IMG/VR virus record: IMGVR_UViG_3300025133_009608
Span: 1-64,000 of that record
Length of the DNA stretch: 64,000 nucleotides
Direction: 5' to 3' (one strand)
Positions 28,643-35,796 of this stretch are shown here, one piece after another; the first letter of the stretch is position 1, and every line of letters starts with the position of its first letter. The translations under genes were made by a program, and so were the position numbers. The notes below the pieces were generated by a model. The model made no database searches and was not told where the DNA came from. It was given only the letters and a program-made list of their open reading frames with translations.

Positions 28643-30721
28643 TTAACCCCACATTACAACGTAGTTCTCAACTGAATCTTCTAACTCTTCATCAAAGCGG
28701 ACGCGTCCAGTCGCGGCAACAACGTAGTCACCAGGATTCGCCACAAAGTTGAAGGCAGCAGCGGCTGCGTTATCGGCAAGCATACCTGCATTGGCATCTG
28801 TTTGGAGAATACCATTTCGGAATACACGAAGTTTTCCATAGAAATAGTTTCCATTAGCACCACCGAGATCAGTTCCAAGTCCTGCAATGTCGAACTCATC
28901 TTCGTCGGCACCATTTGGCCCTCCGTACACTGGAGCTCTCATCTCGTTCTTGGCGACCAAAGCGTCCATGTCACCCATGCGAATGTTCATAGAACTCTCA
29001 TCGTCATTGTGAACCTGAACAATGGATGCATCAGCAGAATCTCTAACTGACTCTTCAAGACTCAGACGAGTAGTGATAGAAAGATCACCAGAAGCGCGAT
29101 CGGTCTCTTCATTACCCAGACGAGTAGTAAGAGAAAGATCACCAGAGACTCTATTTGAAATCTCAGCGGTATCAACTGCAGCTAGAGAAACATCAGCAGA
29201 AGACCTGACTGACTCTTCCATACTCAGACGAGTAGTAAGAGAAAGATCACCAGAGACTCTATTTGAAATCTCAGCGGTATCAACTGCAGCTAGAGAAACA
29301 TCAGCAGAATCTCTAATTGACTCTTCGATACTCAGACGAGTAGTAAGAGAAAGATCACCAGAGACTCTATTTGAAACCTCATCGGTAAGGCCGCTCCCGG
29401 CGGCTGCAGCTAGAGAAGCATCAGCAGAAGACCTGACTGACTCTTCCATGCTCAGACGAGTAGTAAGAGAAAGATCACCAGAGACTCTATTTGAAATCTC
29501 AGCGGTATCAACTGCAGCTAGAGAAACATCAGCAGAAGACCTGACTGACTCTTCCATACTCAGACGAGTGGTAAGAGAAAGATCACCAGAGGTTCTCTCT
29601 GAAGCCTCGACGCTAACAAGTCCAGTGATTTCAGCGAGGTCTGCAATAATAACAAATCCCTTATCCTGGCCGGCCCAGCCGTTATAGTCATAGTTTCCAA
29701 CTCCAAGCCCAGTCATATATACGTACTGGTCCTTCTCCGCCTGAACGAAGTAGGCATCGCCTATGGACGCAGTCAAGTCAGCATTAACAGCCGCAATAGC
29801 AGCAGCTTGGTCGGCGACTGACGCCTTCCATTGGATACCAGAAGTAGTAGCGGTTTCCAGAGCAACAACACGTACCTGTAATGAGGCGTCCCCAGAGGAT
29901 CTATTCGACTCCTCACCGGAGATGCGAGTGCTCATAGAAATCTCATCGGCATTGTGAATCTGAACAATGGATGCATCAGCAGAATCTCTAACTGACTCTT
30001 CAAGACTCAGACGAGTAGTAAGAGAAAGATCACCAGAGGCTCTATTTGAAATCTCAGCGGTATCAACTGCAGCTAGAGAAACATCAGCAGAAGACCTGAC
30101 TGACTCTTCCATACTCAGACGAGTAGTAAGAGAAAGATCACCAGAGACTCTATTTGAAATCTCAGCGGTATCAACTGCAGCTAGAGAAACATCAGCAGAA
30201 TCTCTAATTGACTCTTCGATACTCAGACGAGTAGTAAGAGAAAGATCACCAGAGACTCTATTTGAAACCTCATCGGTAAGGCCGCTCCCGGCGGCTGCAG
30301 CTAGAGAGGCATCAGCAGAAGACCTGACTGACTCTTCCATGCTCAGACGAGTAGTAAGAGAAAGATCACCAGAGACTCTATTTGAAATCTCAGCGGTATC
30401 AACTGCAGCTAGAGAAACATCAGCAGAAGCGCTAACTGACTCTTCCATACTCAGACGAGCAGTAAGAGAAAGATCACCAGAGACTCTATTTGAAATCTCA
30501 GCGGTATCAACTGCAGCTAGAGAAACATCAGCAGAAGACCTGACTGACTCTTCCATACTCAGACGAGTAGTAAGAGAGCCATCGCCAGAATCAGCGTGTA
30601 GAATAGCGATGTCGATAGCCGGCTGAGCGGAAATCGCACCAGTGGATCCATCCTCTTGGAAGTGAGCGACTTTAAGCAAGGCTTGCTTAAAGACTATTTT
30701 TGTTTGTTTTGATATAGCCAT
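28643..30721 (-). CDS. Repeat-rich coiled-coil fibre protein (head or tail fibre)
   Basis: About 12 units of SGDLSLTTRLSMEESVRSSADVSLAAVDTAEISNRV in two arrays, separated by a globular WKASV domain. Likely start is the ATG at 30721 (MAISKQ) after AAGGA; the ORF track extends to 30760. Confidence 0.7.
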   Translation of the reverse strand: MAISKQTKIVFKQALLKVAHFQEDGSTGAISAQPAIDIAILHADSGDGSLTTRLSMEESVRSSADVSLAAVDTAEISNRVSGDLSLTARLSMEESVSASADVSLAAVDTAEISNRVSGDLSLTTRLSMEESVRSSADASLAAAAGSGLTDEVSNRVSGDLSLTTRLSIEESIRDSADVSLAAVDTAEISNRVSGDLSLTTRLSMEESVRSSADVSLAAVDTAEISNRASGDLSLTTRLSLEESVRDSADASIVQIHNADEISMSTRISGEESNRSSGDASLQVRVVALETATTSGIQWKASVADQAAAIAAVNADLTASIGDAYFVQAEKDQYVYMTGLGVGNYDYNGWAGQDKGFVIIADLAEITGLVSVEASERTSGDLSLTTRLSMEESVRSSADVSLAAVDTAEISNRVSGDLSLTTRLSMEESVRSSADASLAAAAGSGLTDEVSNRVSGDLSLTTRLSIEESIRDSADVSLAAVDTAEISNRVSGDLSLTTRLSMEESVRSSADVSLAAVDTAEISNRVSGDLSLTTRLGNEETDRASGDLSITTRLSLEESVRDSADASIVQVHNDDESSMNIRMGDMDALVAKNEMRAPVYGGPNGADEDEFDIAGLGTDLGGANGNYFYGKLRVFRNGILQTDANAGMLADNAAAAAFNFVANPGDYVVAATGRVRFDEELEDSVENYVVMWG
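29022..29590. repeat. Coding tandem repeat array (108/120-bp units), C-terminal array
   Basis: Repeated ctcagacgagtagtaagagaaagatcaccagag unit. Confidence 0.9.
29967..30590. repeat. Coding tandem repeat array (108/120-bp units), N-terminal array
   Basis: Same unit and the same order of variants as 29022..29590. Confidence 0.9.
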
Positions 30722-30939
30722 AATATTTTTATCCTTTTTTATTATGTTTAAAACCCACAAAGCCGTCTCGGCCTTATGGGTACTTAATTTAAACGGAACT
30801 TACTTTAAATATAAAATCTACAAATTTAAATTTGCAGCATATTATGTCTTTTCATTTTATTAATTAATATATAAAATGACTTATTAAATTTTATTTTGCA
30901 TCATCCTATTGATTATTATTATTTTAATCATCCTTGTGA

Positions 30940-31581
30940 TTACAACACATTTTCAACATAGTAATTAAACACGATTTCTTTCTCGGCATCCCCGGCAAGG
31001 GCCCAGGTCCATGGGTATGAGTTCTTCATAGCAGAAACCTCTTTAAGCACCTTATTACAGGACTCTTCCATCCCGGCAATCTGCTGGTCTGAAACCTCTC
31101 CCATATCTATATTTAGCTCGATTGCTATCTTGGCCATGTCATACCAATTTAAATCATTTGCCGCATCATTGGCAATAGATGCCAGATGCATATATCTTTC
31201 TTTCTTTTTTGCATCCTCCATAAACTCTAGTTTATCTGGATGAACTATTGTCATTATCTTCTTATAGACCCTCTTAAAGTCGGCGGGGAGCTCCGGCCTT
31301 GGGGGAAGCTCCTCTTCGCAGGACTCGGCAGCCTCCTGGGCGGCCGCTTCGGCGGCTGCCTCTTGAGCCTCTAGCTCCAAGAAGGCTCCTATCTCTGCGG
31401 AGCAATCTGTTATTGGATTGCTTTTTCTTTTCTTTTTTAAGCTATTTAATTCTTTTGAGAACTCGGCGCTATAGGCGCCAAAGAGATCCTGAGTCTCCTC
31501 CAGCTCCGCGGCCAAATATTCTGCCTTCAAGAATAGCTTCTTAAGTCTCTTGGAGTTATCTACTGACACTTTGTTCCTCAA
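30940..31581 (-). CDS. J-domain-like (DnaJ/HscB-type) co-chaperone
   Basis: FKRVYKKIMTIVHPDKL: helix II plus HPD motif. Confidence 0.65.
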   Translation of the reverse strand: MRNKVSVDNSKRLKKLFLKAEYLAAELEETQDLFGAYSAEFSKELNSLKKKRKSNPITDCSAEIGAFLELEAQEAAAEAAAQEAAESCEEELPPRPELPADFKRVYKKIMTIVHPDKLEFMEDAKKKERYMHLASIANDAANDLNWYDMAKIAIELNIDMGEVSDQQIAGMEESCNKVLKEVSAMKNSYPWTWALAGDAEKEIVFNYYVENVL

Positions 31582-31643
31582 TAATAGTTTAGATGCACTA
31601 ATTTATATTAACGCATGAAGTTTAACAAAACTTTATAACTATA

Positions 31644-31865
31644 TTATCGTGAATAAAGTAACTTTTTTAACGCTCGGACCTGATTGTCGTACTGAGAAAA
31701 CTCACTACTGAAAAAGTTTAAAGATAATTCTTTTGCTTTTCCCTCTGGGTCTTTCATTACGAACTCAAAGCGGCCCGAGTCCTCTCTCTTCGCAGATACA
31801 AGCTCAAGGCCCTTCATTGTGAGAAAGGCTGCTAGCGCAAGATCTGATGTTATATAATTTTCCAT
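31644..31865 (-). CDS. DUF5659-like small DNA-binding protein
   Basis: YITSDLALAAFL..KG.....FEF pattern. Confidence 0.55.
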   Translation of the reverse strand: MENYITSDLALAAFLTMKGLELVSAKREDSGRFEFVMKDPEGKAKELSLNFFSSEFSQYDNQVRALKKLLYSR

Positions 31866-31946
31866 TTTAATTCCTAATTATAGCCTTGAATGAGTTCTTA
31901 ATGTGTCTCACAAGTAATAGAGAACGCCTTACGGCACAGATCCTCT

Positions 31947-32429
31947 CTACTCCTTCGGCCGATGCGATGAGCACAGGGTTCCACTCTTTGGAGCCTGACG
32001 CTTACACTGAATGCCGTCATTTTTTATATGATGACATCTAACAAAACTTGTAGCCTTTCTCTCCAATGCCTTATCCGCATCTTCCATTTCAATCATTCCG
32101 ACTGGAATGATCGCCCGATAGTCTTCTTCCATTTCGATAAATGATTCCAACATATTAGGCTCTTCTAGGTCCATAATAATAAATGGCTCGCTGGCCGATG
32201 AATCTCCCAGTCCAGCGGCAGCAAACTGCTCGCCGGCCGGCTTTAGTTCAGATAACTCATCTTCATAATCAAAAAATGATTCAAACTTTTCGAAATGATC
32301 GTCTTCTTCTTGGACTATAGACTTATTAGTTTCTCGCCGAGAAAGATTTACGGCAGAAACTCTATCGGTTAAATCTGTGGCTTCCACAAATTTTAATCTC
32401 AATTTTAGTTGGTCTGGGGTCAAAAGCAA
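31947..32429 (-). CDS. Acidic protein with C-terminal C3H zinc finger
   Basis: CHHIKNDGIQCKRQAPKSGTLCSSH. Confidence 0.55.
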   Translation of the reverse strand: MLLTPDQLKLRLKFVEATDLTDRVSAVNLSRRETNKSIVQEEDDHFEKFESFFDYEDELSELKPAGEQFAAAGLGDSSASEPFIIMDLEEPNMLESFIEMEEDYRAIIPVGMIEMEDADKALERKATSFVRCHHIKNDGIQCKRQAPKSGTLCSSHRPKE

Positions 32430-32473
32430 CCCTCCTTGCTATTATATCTTTTTATTAGCAACAAAAGATTGCA

Positions 32474-32511
32474 TACAATCATGATTGTACCATGCGAGCA
32501 TTGAGAATCAA
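32474..32511 (-). promoter_or_regulatory. Sigma70-like promoter with overlapping 16-bp palindrome
   Basis: TTGATT-N16-TACAAT with a TGn extended -10; perfect palindrome TACAATCATGATTGTA at 32474..32489. Confidence 0.45.
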
Positions 32512-32550
32512 TAAATTAAATTTAGTAATGTTTTTAACACATATTCAAAA

Positions 32551-33873
32551 TTAAGCGTTCTTTCTAATGCGGTCAAGCCCTCCCATGTAGGGTTGTAGAA
32601 CTTTTGGTACTAACACACTGCCGTCCGCCTGTTGATAGTTCTCCAAGATAGCGACTAATGTTCGACCTACGGCTAAACCTGAGCCGTTGATGGTATGACA
32701 GAACTGTAGTTTTTTCTTAGAACCATCATCTGATTCTGGGCGATACCTTATATTCATGCGCCTAGCCTGAAAGTCTCCGAACATTGAGCAGCTCGAAATC
32801 TCACGGTAGGCGTTCTGCCCAGGTAGCCAGACCTCTAAATCGTAGCAAAGGCTCGCGCTAAATCCGACATCTCCGCCACACAGCCTAACTACTCGGTAGT
32901 GTAGGCCGAGGGCCTGTAACAGCCCCTCTGCGTGGGAGGTGAGCAGCTCATGCTCATCCTTTGCTCGCTCAGGTGTAGTTACTCGTACCATCTCTACCTT
33001 ATGAAATTGGTGCTGGCGAATAAGACCACGGGCGTCCTTTCCGTAGGCGCCGGCCTCCGACCTAAAACATGGAGTAAAACAGGCCCATGCCTTTGGTAGC
33101 TCCTCTTCTTTAACGATTTCCCCTCGGAGAAGGTTGGTAACGGGTACCTCTGCGGTGGGAATTAAGAAAGCATCTTGTCCATTCATCTGGCCCGCGAGCT
33201 TGAAGGCTTCATCTTCAAATTTTGGCAACTGTCCCGTGCCTTCCATTGTCGTGCGCCAAACAACATAGGGAACCATCACCTCGTTGTAGCCATTCTTATC
33301 TGTATGGGTGTCCATAAAGAAGTTTATAAGGGCGCGCTCCATTCGAGCAGCAGCTCGGTGAAGAACAGCAAATCTAGCCCCCGAAATCTTGGCCGAGGCT
33401 TCTTGGTCCAATATTCCTAGCTTTGTAGCCAAGACGTCGTGAGCCATTGGCTCGAAATCCATCTCCGGCTTTGAGCCCCATTGTCGTACCTCTACATTGT
33501 CGTCTTCTGCGGCGCCTGCCGGGACGTCTTCGTGAAGTAGGTTTGGTAGCTTCATTAATAACATTAGCCGCTCTGCTTCGACTATGCTTAGCTCGTTTTC
33601 TGCAGCTACTGTACGGTCAGATTCCAGCTTAACCTTGTCTCTTAGCCTCTTTGCTCCGTCGGCATTGCTTGCTTTTATCATTTCTCCTATTTGAGACGAT
33701 AACCTATTCTTTGCAGCCCTAGAAGCTTCAACTATTAAAATAAGATCTCTTCGCCTGTTAGAGAGAGAATTTATTTTCCCCGGAATATTGAGAGCTTCCC
33801 TGTCCGCGTTTCGACGGGACAGGGTTTCTATTATGAAATCTTCATTCTCAGCTATAAACTTTGCGTCTAACAT
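32551..33873 (-). CDS. serS: Seryl-tRNA synthetase (bacterial type)
   Basis: N-terminal coiled-coil arm, GTGQLPKF, LIPTAEVP, CFRSEAG...RGLIRQHQFHKVE, YREISSCS..GDFQARR, HTINGSGLAVGRTLVAILENYQ. Confidence 0.97.
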   Translation of the reverse strand: MLDAKFIAENEDFIIETLSRRNADREALNIPGKINSLSNRRRDLILIVEASRAAKNRLSSQIGEMIKASNADGAKRLRDKVKLESDRTVAAENELSIVEAERLMLLMKLPNLLHEDVPAGAAEDDNVEVRQWGSKPEMDFEPMAHDVLATKLGILDQEASAKISGARFAVLHRAAARMERALINFFMDTHTDKNGYNEVMVPYVVWRTTMEGTGQLPKFEDEAFKLAGQMNGQDAFLIPTAEVPVTNLLRGEIVKEEELPKAWACFTPCFRSEAGAYGKDARGLIRQHQFHKVEMVRVTTPERAKDEHELLTSHAEGLLQALGLHYRVVRLCGGDVGFSASLCYDLEVWLPGQNAYREISSCSMFGDFQARRMNIRYRPESDDGSKKKLQFCHTINGSGLAVGRTLVAILENYQQADGSVLVPKVLQPYMGGLDRIRKNA

Positions 33874-33939
33874 TTTTACCTTTTATATAAAATATTATAA
33901 TATAATTAAATTATTACTATGGCAATATCAACGATTTGC

Positions 33940-33972
33940 AAAAAGAGCCCCAGAAGTTTCCCTCTGGGGCTC
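33940..33972 (-). terminator. Intrinsic terminator after major capsid gene
   Basis: 10-bp stem GAGCCCCAGA/TCTGGGGCTC plus T5. Confidence 0.85.
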
Positions 33973-34005
33973 AAAGTGCTATAAATAGCTATTGTTACTG
34001 ACTAA

Positions 34006-35028
34006 TTATGCAGAAACAAGGCCGGTAGCAACACCACGTGGGTTGACGATACCGCAACCAACGATCTCAGAGATAACCCAACCAAGCTTAAGCTGCTTGG
34101 GCTCATCGGCGGGAAGCACCTCAATGTCCTGACGGACAGGCATCACGCCAACAAACTCTGGATCGGCGCAAGCAAATGCGCGACCAGCAGGAACAACCTT
34201 CGAAACAACAATGTCAGCACCGAAGATGTGACCGTAAAGGCCAGTCTGAAGAAGCTCACGCTGAGTTACAGGATCGACCTGAGAAGCACCAGCGCCACCA
34301 GCAGACTCCCAATTGAGCATATCAGTGAATTCGTTAATGTTCATGAAGTACTTGCTAGTAACAAGGTCCCAGCGATCGATTTGACGCTTAAGATTCAGCA
34401 TTCCCTGCTTGGAAAGCTCATCGGTAGTGGTTCCGTTATCAAGGGTTTGAGAAGCATTCTCGCCACCGAGGTTCGAATCACCAGCAAACTCAAGAGCAGA
34501 AAATACGTTAGCATCCTCTTGCGCCTGAATCTCTTGGCGGGCCTTTTGCTGAGCACGATCGATTACATTGAATCGACGACGCTTAACTTCGGCAATACGT
34601 ACCGTTGGGTTTGAAACAATTTCAAACTCAGGGATAGTTACTCTGTCGCCAAATACGCGTGACTCAGGAGCAGAGCCGTTGCTAGAAACAACAACAGCTG
34701 CTACGTCGATATCACGATCGTATACGGGAAGAGCGCCCTGTGGAAGAGGATCGACAACGAGCGCCTTGCGGGAAACTCCTTGATAATCCAGGTTGCGACG
34801 AATTGGGTTAGCCATAGCTTGGCCCAAAGCGATTTTGCCTTCCTGAGTCATAAGCGCCTGCTTAATCATCTCGTCCTTCTGGCCGTCATTCAGGCTCGCA
34901 GCAGTTGCGTGAGCCGAGCTTGATGGCTGAAGGTCTTCAATGATAGAAGCATACTTTACGATTTCAGAGAGAGCCTCTTGGACTCCGGAGGCGTTAATTT
35001 CACCATTTGTATTAAATAAGTTTGACAT
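34006..35028 (-). CDS. Major capsid protein (HK97 fold)
   Basis: 340 aa with strong codon bias and a terminator downstream. IRRNLDYQGVSRKALVVDPLPQG...NPTVRIAEV...IDRAQQKARQEIQAQED...GIVNPRGVA; downstream of the protease/scaffold. Confidence 0.85.
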   Translation of the reverse strand: MSNLFNTNGEINASGVQEALSEIVKYASIIEDLQPSSSAHATAASLNDGQKDEMIKQALMTQEGKIALGQAMANPIRRNLDYQGVSRKALVVDPLPQGALPVYDRDIDVAAVVVSSNGSAPESRVFGDRVTIPEFEIVSNPTVRIAEVKRRRFNVIDRAQQKARQEIQAQEDANVFSALEFAGDSNLGGENASQTLDNGTTTDELSKQGMLNLKRQIDRWDLVTSKYFMNINEFTDMLNWESAGGAGASQVDPVTQRELLQTGLYGHIFGADIVVSKVVPAGRAFACADPEFVGVMPVRQDIEVLPADEPKQLKLGWVISEIVGCGIVNPRGVATGLVSA

Positions 35029-35038
35029 TTTTTCCTCC

Positions 35039-35701
35039 TTATGCCTGTGCGTTGCCAGTGTAGAATACCGCTTGGTACTCCGTCACTGCCGCGCCGCCAA
35101 CGGCGACCGATGAAGTTGAAACAAGTGACGTATCTGCCATTGCCCCGATGTAAATACCAAGAACAGCGGATGTTCCGGCGGAGTCTGTAGTCAATAGACC
35201 GATGCCTGTTACTGTTACGCCATCTGCCTCAACGTGGGCAGCACCATCAGCAGACTCCAGTGGATCATTGACGCCCGCAGCGGCCAGCGTATCAGACTGA
35301 CTAGTTACGCCGTAAAGACCAGCCTGAGCCCAGACAGTTACCTTGCCTGAAGCACGATCAGTCTCGGGACCGAGAACAACAGCGCCACTAACAGTAGTTG
35401 CGCGACCAGCATTTGAGCCAATAAGTTGACCAAAAAGCGTGCCATAGTCACCAGCATCACCTTCATCGGCGAGGCCGCCAAGGCTTGCGGCAGTTCGGCC
35501 TGCGCGAGCAAAGTTTACGAGTCCAGCAGAATCAGTTAGTGCTTCGACATCGGCAGCATAACCTTCTGCACCGACAGCAGCTTCCGCCTTTAATTCGACA
35601 TACTCGCCACCCACAAGGGCACCGGCATCGCCGTCGTCAAGGTCAAACATCCCGAGAGGACGAAGACCTGGATTTAATAGTTTAAGAGCCATTTTTACCA
35701 T
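35039..35701 (-). CDS. Capsid decoration/cement protein
   Basis: Immediately upstream of MCP, G/A-rich beta protein, with the same codon bias as MCP. Confidence 0.55.
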   Translation of the reverse strand: MVKMALKLLNPGLRPLGMFDLDDGDAGALVGGEYVELKAEAAVGAEGYAADVEALTDSAGLVNFARAGRTAASLGGLADEGDAGDYGTLFGQLIGSNAGRATTVSGAVVLGPETDRASGKVTVWAQAGLYGVTSQSDTLAAAGVNDPLESADGAAHVEADGVTVTGIGLLTTDSAGTSAVLGIYIGAMADTSLVSTSSVAVGGAAVTEYQAVFYTGNAQA

Positions 35702-35796
35702 CTCCTTATAATATTGATAGTATATAATTTTCTTTTATTTTATTAAGAGAAATCCAACCATTGGATTGCCTTAATTAACTTAACATTTCCGGCTGA

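Noticed and set aside
29022-30626. Regular ~108-bp repeats as a CRISPR array
   Set aside because: No unique spacers; unit lengths are multiples of 3 and lie inside one long ORF.
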